Source: Abditibacteriaceae bacterium (GTDB taxonomy: Bacteria; Armatimonadota; Abditibacteriia; Abditibacteriales; Abditibacteriaceae). From it: a stretch of 31,719 nt of DNA. Location of the stretch: NCBI GenBank assembly GCA_031372065.1, contig JANMKN010000215.1:1-31719 (forward strand). Direction: 5' to 3'. The position numbers and the translations under genes were made by a program. The notes beneath the pieces are model-generated. The model was not told the origin of the DNA and did not search any database. It saw nothing but the letters and a program-made list of their open reading frames with translations. This document shows positions 9,593 to 18,854 of this stretch, one piece after another (position 1 is the first letter of the stretch; the number at the start of each line of letters is the position of its first letter).

Positions 9593-9629
9593 AAAAATGG
9601 AGAAGTGAGACAATCACTTCTCCATTTTT
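9593..9629 (+). terminator. Intrinsic terminator hairpin
   Basis: Perfect 16-bp stem aaaaatggagaagtga-gacaa-tcacttctccattttt 15 bp after the stop. Confidence 0.75.
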
Positions 9630-9641
9630 ATTCATCATCCT

Positions 9642-10388
9642 ATGTCCACTCCCATCACTTACCGCGATCATTTAATGGATCGTTATAAATTACTTTTCGA
9701 CTGGCTGCCCGAAGGCGGCCCGGTTTTGGATGTCGGCTGCGGCAACGGCATTTTCACGCAGCATCTGGCGAAAAAAGCCGCGCCCGCTTACGGCATTGAC
9801 CATCACGATGGCAATCTCGAATGGGCGCGGCGCGAGTTTCCTCATGTCAACTTCGTTAAAGCCGAAGGCGAAAAACTGCCGTTTGACGACAAGTTTTTTC
9901 AATCGGTGGTTTGCACCGAGGTGTTGGAACACACGCGCGATGACCGCGCCACTTTGCGCGAAATTCATCGCGTTTTGAAACCGGGCGGCACGCTTTTGCT
10001 TTCCACACCGCACAAGGGGCTTTTTTCGTTTCTCGACCCCGATAATGTCACTAACAAAGTCTTTAAGACCGTCAGCAAACTGAAAATTCCCAAGCCGGGC
10101 GGCGGCACGTTTTACCAAGGCTTCGATTACGATGTGCATCGCCATTACACCGAAGGTCATTTGCGGCATTTACTGGGCGAAGGTTGGCAGGTTGACGAAG
10201 TTTATTTCGGCGGATTGGCCCTGTATCCGGTGCTTTACGGCTTTGAAAACGTGATTGATGCCTTCTCAAAAAAACGCTCTTACTGGCAAGATTATCGCGT
10301 TTTGCGCACGCTGCGCGCGTGGGATTTCCACACGCCGTTTGGCAAACTTTCCTACAATATTGCTCTGAAAATCCGCAAAACGAATTAA
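9642..10388 (+). CDS. Class I SAM-dependent methyltransferase
   Basis: Motif I VLDVGCGNG, LPFDDKFFQSV, EVLEH, RVLKPGG. Confidence 0.9.
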   Translation: MSTPITYRDHLMDRYKLLFDWLPEGGPVLDVGCGNGIFTQHLAKKAAPAYGIDHHDGNLEWARREFPHVNFVKAEGEKLPFDDKFFQSVVCTEVLEHTRDDRATLREIHRVLKPGGTLLLSTPHKGLFSFLDPDNVTNKVFKTVSKLKIPKPGGGTFYQGFDYDVHRHYTEGHLRHLLGEGWQVDEVYFGGLALYPVLYGFENVIDAFSKKRSYWQDYRVLRTLRAWDFHTPFGKLSYNIALKIRKTN

Positions 10389-10409
10389 ACTTTGGGCAGA
10401 GGTATTTTG

Positions 10410-11033
10410 ATGGTCGCCCGCGCTTATCAGCCTGAAAATCAGCCCGAAATCGTTCAATCAGAGACAAGCGAAAAACTAACGCCGCAGGAATATCTGCGCT
10501 GCGAACGCGCCGCCACAACGAAGAGCGAATTTATCAACGGTGAATTAATCGCTATGGCCGGTGCCAGCAAACGGCACGCGCGCATTGCCGCCAGTGTCGT
10601 TGTGCATTTAGCAAACCAAATTACTGGCTCATCGTGCGAAGTTCTGTTTAACGATATTCGCTTGAAGATCAACGAAGCGGGCGACTATGTTTATCCCGAT
10701 GTTTTGGTAGTTCGCGATGGCGGCGAATGGGAAGACGAGCAATTCGACACGCTTTTGAACCCGACAATCATTATCGAAGTGCTGTCGTCTTCTACTTCGC
10801 GCAGTGACTACAACGACAAATGGCTGCGTTATCAGCAAATGCCTTCGCTTTCCGATTATCTCTTAATCGCGCAAACGCAACGGCGCGTGGAACAATTCAC
10901 GCGTCAAAAAGAAAACCTTTGGCTTTACGCGATTCATACAACGCCGGAGGCGCGGGTGCAATTTGATTCCATTCATTGTTCGCTCACGCTCGGCGAAATC
11001 TACGAGCGCATTTCTTTTGAAGAGAATTCATAA
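10410..11033 (+). CDS. Uma2 family (DUF820) restriction endonuclease-like protein
   Basis: [30 protein letters not shown] motifs; ATG at 10410 has a GAGG RBS. Confidence 0.9.
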   Translation: MVARAYQPENQPEIVQSETSEKLTPQEYLRCERAATTKSEFINGELIAMAGASKRHARIAASVVVHLANQITGSSCEVLFNDIRLKINEAGDYVYPDVLVVRDGGEWEDEQFDTLLNPTIIIEVLSSSTSRSDYNDKWLRYQQMPSLSDYLLIAQTQRRVEQFTRQKENLWLYAIHTTPEARVQFDSIHCSLTLGEIYERISFEENS

Positions 11034-11080
11034 CTGAGAAAGCGTGCCAACGTCTCCGGCAACCCTATAAACTGGCAAGT

Positions 11081-12883
11081 GTGCAACAACAGCAAATTCG
11101 CAATTTTTCGATTATCGCCCATATTGATCACGGCAAAAGCACCTTAGCTGACCGGATTCTTCAATTGACAAGTGCCGTCGCCGACCGCGACATGAAAGAG
11201 CAAATGCTCGACTCGATGGATTTAGAGCGCGAGCGCGGCATTACCATTAAAGCCTCTGCCGTGCGCCTCGATTACACGGCACGTGACGGCCAAGTTTATG
11301 TTCTGAACTTGATTGACACGCCTGGTCACGTTGACTTTTCCTACGAAGTTTCGCGCGCCTTGGCCGCCTGCGAGGGCGCGCTTTTGGTGGTAGATGCCTC
11401 GCAGGGCGTCGAAGCGCAAACCGTGGCGAACGCGCATCTGGCGCTGATGGCGAACTTGGAAATCATTCCGGTTCTCAACAAAATTGATTTGCCGAATGCC
11501 GACCCGAATCGCGTTTTGGCCGAAGTCGAAGAAATCGTCGGCTTGCCAATGGACGATGCCCTACTCGCTTCAGGCAAAAGTGGCATCGGCGTGCCCGATT
11601 TGCTCGAAGCCATTGTCGAGCGCATTCCACCGCCCAAAGGTGATGTAAACGCGCCGCTTAAAGCACTGATTTTCGATTCCAGTTACGATGCTTATCGCGG
11701 CGTTATCGTTTATGTGCGCTTGATGGAAGGAACGCTGCGCGCCGGTCAGAAAATTCGCTTTATGGGCACCGATTTGCCTGCCGAAATTACTGAACTTGGC
11801 GTTTTTCGCCCTAAAATGACCGCCGTTAAGGAATTGGCGGCGGGCGAAACCGGATATATCATTGCAGGTATCAAAGACGTTTCCGAAGTGCGCATTGGCG
11901 ATACCGTCACCGATTTGGCAAAACCGGCTGCCGAAGCGCTCGGCGGCTATCGCGAACCAAAACCGATGGTCTTTTGCGGCCTTTATCCGATAAATTCCGA
12001 CGAATTCACCGATTTACGCGACGCGCTGGACAAATTGCGCCTCAACGACGCATCGCTGACGTATCAAGCTGATTCCTCGCCCGCTTTGGGCTTTGGTTTT
12101 CGCTGCGGCTTTTTAGGGCTTTTGCACATGGACATCGTGCAGGAACGCCTCGAACGCGAATATAATTTGTCGCTGATTGCCACGGCGCCGAGCGTGATTT
12201 ATCGCATCACGCGCACCAACGGACAGACTTTTGAAATTGACAATCCGGCCAAAATGCCCGCGCCGCACGAAATGGAATACGTCGAAGAACCGATGGTTAT
12301 CACCACGATTATCGTGCCGCAGGAATATGTGGGCGCATGTCTCGAACTGTGCGAAGAACGGCGCGGTATTTACAAAAACATGGAATTTTCTTCGAGCGGC
12401 GGGCGGGTGACAATCACTTATTTGCTGCCACTTTCGGAAATGATTATGGACTTTTTCGACCACTTAAAAAGTCGCACGCGCGGTTACGCTTCAATGGATT
12501 ACGAACTAACCGATTTTCAGCGTTCGCCCTTGGCGAAAGTGGATATTCTCATCAACGGCGAAATCGTGGACGCGCTGAGTTTTATTTGTCACCGAGATCA
12601 AGCCTATGCGCGCAGCAAAACCATCTGCGACAAGATGAAAGAATTGCTAACGCGACAAATGTTCCAGATTCGCATTCAAGCCGCCATCGGCGCGAAAATC
12701 GTCGCCTCGGCCAACCTTTCGGCCATGCGCAAAGACGTGACGGCTAAGTGTTACGGTGGCGACATTTCGCGCAAGCGCAAGCTGCTCGAAAAGCAAAAAG
12801 AAGGCAAAAAGCGCATGAAACAAGTCGGCTCCGTCGAAATCCCGCAAGAAGCCTTTTTGAGCATTCTCAAAGTGAATGAGTAG
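11081..12883 (+). CDS. lepA: Translation elongation factor 4 (LepA)
   Basis: [57 protein letters not shown]. Confidence 0.98.
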   Translation: MQQQQIRNFSIIAHIDHGKSTLADRILQLTSAVADRDMKEQMLDSMDLERERGITIKASAVRLDYTARDGQVYVLNLIDTPGHVDFSYEVSRALAACEGALLVVDASQGVEAQTVANAHLALMANLEIIPVLNKIDLPNADPNRVLAEVEEIVGLPMDDALLASGKSGIGVPDLLEAIVERIPPPKGDVNAPLKALIFDSSYDAYRGVIVYVRLMEGTLRAGQKIRFMGTDLPAEITELGVFRPKMTAVKELAAGETGYIIAGIKDVSEVRIGDTVTDLAKPAAEALGGYREPKPMVFCGLYPINSDEFTDLRDALDKLRLNDASLTYQADSSPALGFGFRCGFLGLLHMDIVQERLEREYNLSLIATAPSVIYRITRTNGQTFEIDNPAKMPAPHEMEYVEEPMVITTIIVPQEYVGACLELCEERRGIYKNMEFSSSGGRVTITYLLPLSEMIMDFFDHLKSRTRGYASMDYELTDFQRSPLAKVDILINGEIVDALSFICHRDQAYARSKTICDKMKELLTRQMFQIRIQAAIGAKIVASANLSAMRKDVTAKCYGGDISRKRKLLEKQKEGKKRMKQVGSVEIPQEAFLSILKVNE

Positions 12884-12885
12884 GT

Positions 12886-13719
12886 ATGTTTGGATTAAAA
12901 AAGGCTCAAAGCATCTATGTCTGTTTACTTGCAACCACAATGCTGCCTCTTGGTTGCAACAATACCAGTGCGCCGCCAACTTCTGGTCAAAAGCCCGTTT
13001 TCAAAACTTGGACAAATTCCATCGGAATGAAACTGATTCATTTGCCAAGCGGCAGTTTTCAAATGGGGGATGCCAGACCTGGTTTGGATGCACAGCCAGT
13101 TCATCAAGTGCTCCTATCATCTTTCTGGGTTGGACAGTTTGAGGTCACCAACGTGGAATTCGATTTATTCAAAAGACGTCCTCGTTTTCCAGAGTCGCTT
13201 ACTAATTTGCAGCCAGCGATGAGAGTATCCTATCCAGAGGCAGTTAAATTTTGTGAATGGTTAAGCAAAAAGGAAAATCGCCGCTATCGTTTACCCACAG
13301 AAGCCGAATGGGAATATGCGGCGCGTGGCGGACTGAATCAAAAAGATTATCCTTGGGGTAATGAAGGCCCTGAAGGCCGCGCGACGTTTGGTCTCCAATT
13401 AAATACAACGCCCATTGGAACTTATGCGCCCAATGGATTTGGGCTATATGACATGGCAGGTAATGTAGAAGAATTAGTTTCGGATTGGTATGACGAAAAT
13501 TATTATGCTCGCTCCCCCAAGTTAAATCCTACCGGACCAGCACATGGTCGCTGGAAAGTTACTCGTGGTGGGTTCTTTGGCATGAATGAACTTTATTGTG
13601 CTGAACGTGCGGCTTTTCCATTAGATACACCATCCTTAAGTGGTTTCCGCATAGTAATGGAATTTGAGAAGAATAAGACCGCATCAGAAAAAGTGCAAAA
13701 GGCATCTGAACGCCATTAA
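12886..13719 (+). CDS. Formylglycine-generating enzyme (FGE/SUMF1-fold) family lipoprotein
   Basis: Lipobox-like LPLGC; RLPTEAEWEYAARGG, PNGFGLYDMAGNV, RGG...GFR. Confidence 0.88.
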   Translation: MFGLKKAQSIYVCLLATTMLPLGCNNTSAPPTSGQKPVFKTWTNSIGMKLIHLPSGSFQMGDARPGLDAQPVHQVLLSSFWVGQFEVTNVEFDLFKRRPRFPESLTNLQPAMRVSYPEAVKFCEWLSKKENRRYRLPTEAEWEYAARGGLNQKDYPWGNEGPEGRATFGLQLNTTPIGTYAPNGFGLYDMAGNVEELVSDWYDENYYARSPKLNPTGPAHGRWKVTRGGFFGMNELYCAERAAFPLDTPSLSGFRIVMEFEKNKTASEKVQKASERH

Positions 13720-13806
13720 TTTCCTTGTGGGGCGCTTCAAATTCATTGAATCCACAAAAAATCCTCGGCACGAAGACCGCAAGGTAAAGCAAAACAAGGA
13801 ATATTC

Positions 13807-14595
13807 ATGAAAAAATTGATTGCTGTCTTTTTTGCCCTTTTGCTTCACACATCGGCGCACGCGCAGACTTCGACTTTGGCACTGCCAACTTCAGGCGCGA
13901 CGATTCAGATTAAACCGTTAATGCACGCCAGTTTTCAAATTGAACACGGCGAAATGACGATTCAGGTTGACCCGACCAAAGGCGGCAATGCTATGAATCC
14001 GAATAAAGCGGACTTGATTTTGGTCACCGATATTCACGGCGATCATTTCGATGAAGCGGCAATGCAGGCGCTGGATAACGGCAAAACTCTGGTTATTGCG
14101 CCGCAGGTTGTTATCGCGCAAATGAAAGGTTTCAAAAACCGCGTCATTCGCCTCGACAACGGCCAAACGAAGAGCAATTTACCCGGCATCCTCATCGAAG
14201 CGGTGCCGATGTATAATCTTCAGCGCGGCCCCAAACCGGGCCAGAAATTCCACGACAAAGGGCGCGGTAACGGCTATATTGTGACTTTGGATGGAATGCG
14301 TCTTTACATCGCAGGCGATACGGAAGTCACGCCGGAAATGCAGGCCTTAAAAAACATTGACGTGGCGTTTTTGCCGATGAATTTGCCTTACACCATGACG
14401 CCCGAAGAAGCCGCTGAAGGCGTCAAAGTTTTCAAGCCGCGCATTGCCATTCCGTTTCATTACCGCGCGCCCGCCGACAAAGTCAACAATAATCCGCAGC
14501 AGTTTCAGACGGCGCTCAACGGTAGCATCACATTGGTTTGCTTGCTGGAATGGTATCCTGCTACAGCCGTGGAAACTGCCACGGCCAAAAACTAA
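13807..14595 (+). CDS. Exported metallo-beta-lactamase-fold hydrolase
   Basis: Signal peptide ending SAHA; HASF, TDIHGDH (variant HxHxDH), IAGDT, PFHY. Confidence 0.88.
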   Translation: MKKLIAVFFALLLHTSAHAQTSTLALPTSGATIQIKPLMHASFQIEHGEMTIQVDPTKGGNAMNPNKADLILVTDIHGDHFDEAAMQALDNGKTLVIAPQVVIAQMKGFKNRVIRLDNGQTKSNLPGILIEAVPMYNLQRGPKPGQKFHDKGRGNGYIVTLDGMRLYIAGDTEVTPEMQALKNIDVAFLPMNLPYTMTPEEAAEGVKVFKPRIAIPFHYRAPADKVNNNPQQFQTALNGSITLVCLLEWYPATAVETATAKN

Positions 14596-14617
14596 CACCG
14601 ATTAGATAAGTTTCTGT

Positions 14618-16006
14618 TCACTCCGCTTGTGCTTGTTGCAAAGGTAGGCGAATCGAAAAAGTGCTGCCCTGCCCGACTTCGCTGCGCACAGTTATGGTGC
14701 CACTGTGGCGTTTGACCACACCAGCCACAATACTGGTTCCCAAACCGGTGCCACCGACTTTGGTTGTCATCACTTGATCGGTAAATAATTTCGCGCGCAC
14801 TTGGTCGGGAATGCCGCGCCCCGTATCAGCGACTTCAATTAATAAATGCCCGTCGTCCGCATTTGTGCGCACGGTAACGCTGCCACCGGGCGGTGTTTCG
14901 GGAATAGCGTTATTGACCAAATTATAAAGCGCGTTATAAAGCTGTTTGGTGTCAAACTCGGCGGAGGGCAATGGCTCAGTTAGTTCCAGCAGCAATTGGA
15001 GTTGCGCTTTGCCAGCCACGATGCGCAATGAGCGCGCTACTTCGCGCACCGTATCATTCGCCTGCGCCAATTCAAAATGGGGCGGAGAAATCTCGCCTTT
15101 GATGGCATCGGCGATCTCACGCACGCGCGCTGCAACGCGCTCGGACGCATCAATTGTGCTGTCTAAAATCCAATCGTAATCATCACGCAGAAACAGCAGA
15201 CTTCGTTCGAGACGCTCGCCCCACGATTCATTGTCGGGACATTCACTGCGCAATTGATCGAGATCATTTAGCACATCATCCAAAATCGGCTTCAAAGTTT
15301 GGGCGCCGGATTGGATGGGAGTCAGCATATTTTTTACGTCATGCGCAATGTCGCCGATCACATTGACAATCGCCGCTTTGCGCGCTTCCTGCGCCAAACG
15401 CGCGTTTTCGATAGAAGCGGATGCTACCGCTCCCAAGACTTCCAAAACTTCCAAGTCGCGGTCATCGAAATTATGCCGCGCGTTGATCACATTAATCACA
15501 CCAAACGGCGAATGCCCGGCTCGTTTTAGCGGCGCCGTCATCATAGAATCCACACGATAACCGGTGCGGTCATCTACCGAATGGTGTTCGGCCCGATCAT
15601 GCACATTGTCAACGATAGCGGGCTGCCCGGTGCGAAAAACTTGCCCCGCCACGCCCGTCGAAACCGGAATTTCGTAACCGATCAATTTATCAGCAGAAGG
15701 GCCGAGAACATAGCGAAATTTCAGCGTTTCTTTTTCCGGGTCGTGCAGCAAAACCGAGCCGCCATCGGCGCGCAAAACTTCAATGGCAACCGCCAAAGTT
15801 TGTTGCAGCATGGCTTCCATTGACGGCAAGGCAAACAGCGCATCAGCAGTGCGGCGCATAGCGTCAATTTCGCGTTGCCGATGATCTAAAGCGGTTTCCG
15901 CTGCTTCTAATTTGAGTTCGCTGCGTTCTAAGGCAGCGCGCAACCTGACAATTTCAACGTTGTAATCCATGATTTCCGCAGTCATTTCCGCAGTCACGAT
16001 ACGCAT
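14618..16006 (-). CDS. GAF-domain sensor histidine kinase (cytoplasmic)
   Basis: GAF domain (GVAGQVFRTGQP); H-box IAHDVKN; N-box NLVNNAI; G boxes DTGRGI, GGTGLG; exact start uncertain. Confidence 0.92.
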   Translation of the reverse strand: MRIVTAEMTAEIMDYNVEIVRLRAALERSELKLEAAETALDHRQREIDAMRRTADALFALPSMEAMLQQTLAVAIEVLRADGGSVLLHDPEKETLKFRYVLGPSADKLIGYEIPVSTGVAGQVFRTGQPAIVDNVHDRAEHHSVDDRTGYRVDSMMTAPLKRAGHSPFGVINVINARHNFDDRDLEVLEVLGAVASASIENARLAQEARKAAIVNVIGDIAHDVKNMLTPIQSGAQTLKPILDDVLNDLDQLRSECPDNESWGERLERSLLFLRDDYDWILDSTIDASERVAARVREIADAIKGEISPPHFELAQANDTVREVARSLRIVAGKAQLQLLLELTEPLPSAEFDTKQLYNALYNLVNNAIPETPPGGSVTVRTNADDGHLLIEVADTGRGIPDQVRAKLFTDQVMTTKVGGTGLGTSIVAGVVKRHSGTITVRSEVGQGSTFSIRLPLQQAQAE

Positions 16007-16161
16007 TCCAAGGTGCCTGTGCGTGTCAGTTTACCGAAGCCACGTTTCGGTGATGTAAATGTTTGCTATCGCTTGCAGATAAATTCGAGGCGAATTGCAA
16101 ATAAATAATATCGCTTGTGAGGACAACGATAGTAGTTTGAAAGATGAGACGCGCTCAAATC

Positions 16162-16611
16162 CTACGGCCAGATCAATCTGATAACAAAGTAAATAATTGT
16201 CAGACAGCTTAAGAAAGCACAGCCGCCCACCAGAATTTTCAAGCCCTCGCCAAAATTCACTTTTATAGGCATGATGTCCATTTTCTCAACATCTCTGAGA
16301 CGAAAATTTTTCTGCGTTGGGTCAAGCTTCAGGCTACTAAATGATGCCATAAGCCATCGCTGACAATGTGGGCACTGCTTTGCCCCGACAGCAATTGGCT
16401 TATTGCAATAACGACACGTTAGCGTGTGATCCGGCAATAAGCCAATTTCTTTTAGTTCACGCTCCAAAAAGGAGGGTTGCTCCTCAATCGATTGGTGTTC
16501 AATGCCTTCTACTTCATCTGCCCACGGCAGGCGATAGGAGCAGCGGTGGCAATACGCAACTTTAATTGAGTTACTTTCGCCACACATCGGGCAAATCTCA
16601 TTTTCTGTCAT
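16162..16611 (-). CDS. Double zinc-ribbon membrane protein
   Basis: CPMC..CHRC and CRYC..CPHC pairs plus C-terminal TM helix. Confidence 0.75.
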   Translation of the reverse strand: MTENEICPMCGESNSIKVAYCHRCSYRLPWADEVEGIEHQSIEEQPSFLERELKEIGLLPDHTLTCRYCNKPIAVGAKQCPHCQRWLMASFSSLKLDPTQKNFRLRDVEKMDIMPIKVNFGEGLKILVGGCAFLSCLTIIYFVIRLIWP

Positions 16612-16616
16612 CAGAT

Positions 16617-16685
16617 TTATTTTCGCGCGCCTCCATGTTCAAAGTCGATGGCGTAAGGGCAGCGAATCAGCGTGCGACGCACGCA
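16617..16685 (-). pseudogene. Remnant 3' end of a second JAB gene allele
   Basis: Translates CVRRTLIRCPYAIDFEHGGARK*, collinear with CVRRTLIRCPYAIGFEPERARK* at 17057-17125. Confidence 0.8.
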
Positions 16686-16754
16686 GGGTTGACACGTTTC
16701 AGCGATGTAAATTCCCTCTGCGTTTAGCGAATTGGGATCAATGACGTGGGGAAA

Positions 16755-16955
16755 TTACGACGCGTAAGGGTTTTTGGTTTTCAAAGGCTGCTGTTTTTCC
16801 CAAACATCGCCTTCGAGTTCCACCACGATTTTCAAGGCTTGCGCCAGTGAATTTAAGCCTTCGGCGGTCACTTTGGGCGCCATTGCCGCGCACGCCTCAC
16901 GCACCGCAGCCAACGCTTTTAATTGGGCTTCGTAAATTGGCGAATCATCGCTCAT
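16755..16955 (-). CDS. Small hypothetical protein (66 aa, helical)
   Basis: ATG at 16955 preceded by AAGGAG RBS; MSDDSPIYEAQLKALAAVREAC... Confidence 0.7.
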   Translation of the reverse strand: MSDDSPIYEAQLKALAAVREACAAMAPKVTAEGLNSLAQALKIVVELEGDVWEKQQPLKTKNPYAS

Positions 16956-17056
16956 AAATCTCCTTGCGTCGGTTTCGCTCACGAGGAATGAACCGGCGCC
17001 TTGAGTTTACATCCTCAAGCGCAAATGACAGAAAAAACAAGAGGCCACCCGCAAAA

Positions 17057-17605
17057 TTACTTCCGCGCGCGTTCGGGTTCAAAACCGATGGCATACGGGC
17101 AGCGAATCAGGGTGCGGCGCACACAGACTTGGCCGGTGAATTCGGCGTAGGGAGAATTGTAAAACGCGGCTAAAGTCAGCGAATAATCGCAAACGGTGCC
17201 TTTGAGAAGGCGTCCGCGCTCGGCGTAGCGAAAGCGGCGTGCAATGCGGGCATCGTTGACGGCAATAATCAAATCAAGGTCGCCCGGCGGCATGGATGCG
17301 ATGTCGGTTTGCGAAGGACGCGCCACAGCGCGCAATTTTCCCCACGCCGGATGCGAGTGAAAGGTGCCCAAAACCTGATAGGAAGCGAGTTCTCCAAGGC
17401 AAGCGCGCACACGCTGGTCGCGCCCGCCGTGCGGACAAACCATTTTATGGCCGCGCACAGCGGTTTGATAGGGAATGGCGTATTCGACGAGCCATTCCGT
17501 ATCGGTGCGATAGCCCAAAAGCAGGCCGTAGCATTCTTTTTTGTAAGCCTCAATGCTGGATAAAACAGCCGATAGAAACGCGGTCTGCGCAAGCTGAACG
17601 ATCAT
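17057..17605 (-). CDS. JAB/MPN (Mov34) domain metallopeptidase
   Basis: KECYGLLLG (catalytic E) and GTFHSHP...PSQTD JAMM motif. Confidence 0.85.
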   Translation of the reverse strand: MIVQLAQTAFLSAVLSSIEAYKKECYGLLLGYRTDTEWLVEYAIPYQTAVRGHKMVCPHGGRDQRVRACLGELASYQVLGTFHSHPAWGKLRAVARPSQTDIASMPPGDLDLIIAVNDARIARRFRYAERGRLLKGTVCDYSLTLAAFYNSPYAEFTGQVCVRRTLIRCPYAIGFEPERARK

Positions 17606-17682
17606 CAAACGTCACTTTCCGGCAGGCCGCGAAGAAGAATATGCGCCGAAGATTTATTTTTTTGTAACAGCTCTGCTTGCCA

Positions 17683-17828
17683 ATAGAACGCAAAATTCGC
17701 AAATTCACGGGAATTTTCGCAAATAATTTCGGATGTTTTGCTTATGAGATAGGGCAACAGATTCGCTGACAATCCCTCAAAGAAAATTCGCGTTTTATTT
17801 GCGTCAATTTGCGAAATTTGCGTTCTAT
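17683..17828. repeat. REP/MITE-like palindromic element, family A copy 2
   Basis: 23-bp inverted repeat, 1 mismatch: atagaacgcaaaattcgcaaatt ... aatttgcgaaatttgcgttctat; same ends as 3444-3540. Confidence 0.8.
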
Positions 17829-18712
17829 GAACGCAGTTGTTCCATGAATTCTACCAAAGCCGCGCGCCAATCGCGTAGGGGCTGCAAGCCCAATTTTTCC
17901 GCTTTTTGGTTGCTCATCGTCGAATAAAGCGGGCGCCGCGCCGCCGCGCCGTATTCGACGCTTGAAACCGATTGCACTTCGCAGTTTGCGCCAGCGATTT
18001 CAAAAATCGCGCGCGCATAGTCATCGAAAGCGACTTCGCCCGCGTTGGACAATTGAAACAAGCCGCCGTCGGAGTTTTTCAGCAGTTGCCACACGGCACG
18101 GGCCAAATCGGGCGTGTAAGTCGGCGTGCCGATTTGGTCGTTTACCACGCGCACAAAAGGCCGACTTTTTGCCAAATTGAGCATCAAAAGCGGAAAATTG
18201 CCCGCCGGTTTGGAGCCAAGCGCGCCATTTGAGGCTTCGACTGGCCCAAATAAGCGGCAAACGCGAATCGCAAAATTGCGCTCGCTTCCCGCTAATGCGA
18301 TATTCTCGCCCGCCAATTTCGACGCCGCGTAAATGCCAAGCGGATTTGCTTTGTCGTTTTCGTCGTAAGGCGTCGTTTTCGCGCCGTCGAATACAAAATC
18401 CGTCGAAAAATGCGCCAACGGCACATCGTTTTCGCGGCTAAAACGCGCTAACACACCAACGCCGAGCGCGTTGATGCGCAAAGCATCGCTCATGCCATCG
18501 GTTTCGGCCTTGTCCACGAGGTTATAAGCCGCACCGTTAATTACCAAATCGGGCCGCACAGTTTTCATTGCAGCGCAAACGGCCTCGCTATCAGCAATAT
18601 CTAATTCAACGCGCGAAAACGGCACAATTTCCACGCCAGCAGGAGCGGAATTTTGCAGCGCCCGCGCCAAACTGCCCCGCGCGCCGGTAAGTAAAACTTT
18701 TGAAAAATTCAT
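17825..18712 (-). CDS. rmlD: dTDP-4-dehydrorhamnose reductase
   Basis: VLLTGARG, AAYNLVDKAE, STDFVFDG, YAASK, VNDQIGTPT; ATG 18712 chosen because the longer ORF starts inside a repeat element. Confidence 0.92.
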   Translation of the reverse strand: MNFSKVLLTGARGSLARALQNSAPAGVEIVPFSRVELDIADSEAVCAAMKTVRPDLVINGAAYNLVDKAETDGMSDALRINALGVGVLARFSRENDVPLAHFSTDFVFDGAKTTPYDENDKANPLGIYAASKLAGENIALAGSERNFAIRVCRLFGPVEASNGALGSKPAGNFPLLMLNLAKSRPFVRVVNDQIGTPTYTPDLARAVWQLLKNSDGGLFQLSNAGEVAFDDYARAIFEIAGANCEVQSVSSVEYGAAARRPLYSTMSNQKAEKLGLQPLRDWRAALVEFMEQLRS

Positions 18713-18718
18713 GATAAG

Positions 18719-18849
18719 AAATGGAACACGGATTTCATACGCGGAAACGGCACAGATGAACACGGATTTTTAAGAGATAGCGGCTGTTATTTTTTCCCTA
18801 ACCAGTGAAAATCCGTGCCGTTTCCGCGTATGAAATCCGTGTTCCATTT
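18719..18849. repeat. Long inverted-repeat (MITE/REP-like) element, family B
   Basis: 39-bp arms aaatggaacacggatttcatacgcggaaacggcac(a/g)gat with one mismatch, filling the fucI-rmlD spacer. Confidence 0.85.
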
Positions 18850-18854
18850 GAACG

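Noticed and set aside
13550..13660. DGR variable region in the FGE/C-lectin-fold gene
   Set aside because: No template repeat or reverse transcriptase seen in this window; a remote DGR cannot be excluded.
15972..15995. 12-bp tandem duplication (atttccgcagtc)2 at the kinase 5' end
   Set aside because: In-frame micro-duplication in a poorly defined N-terminus; no evident function.
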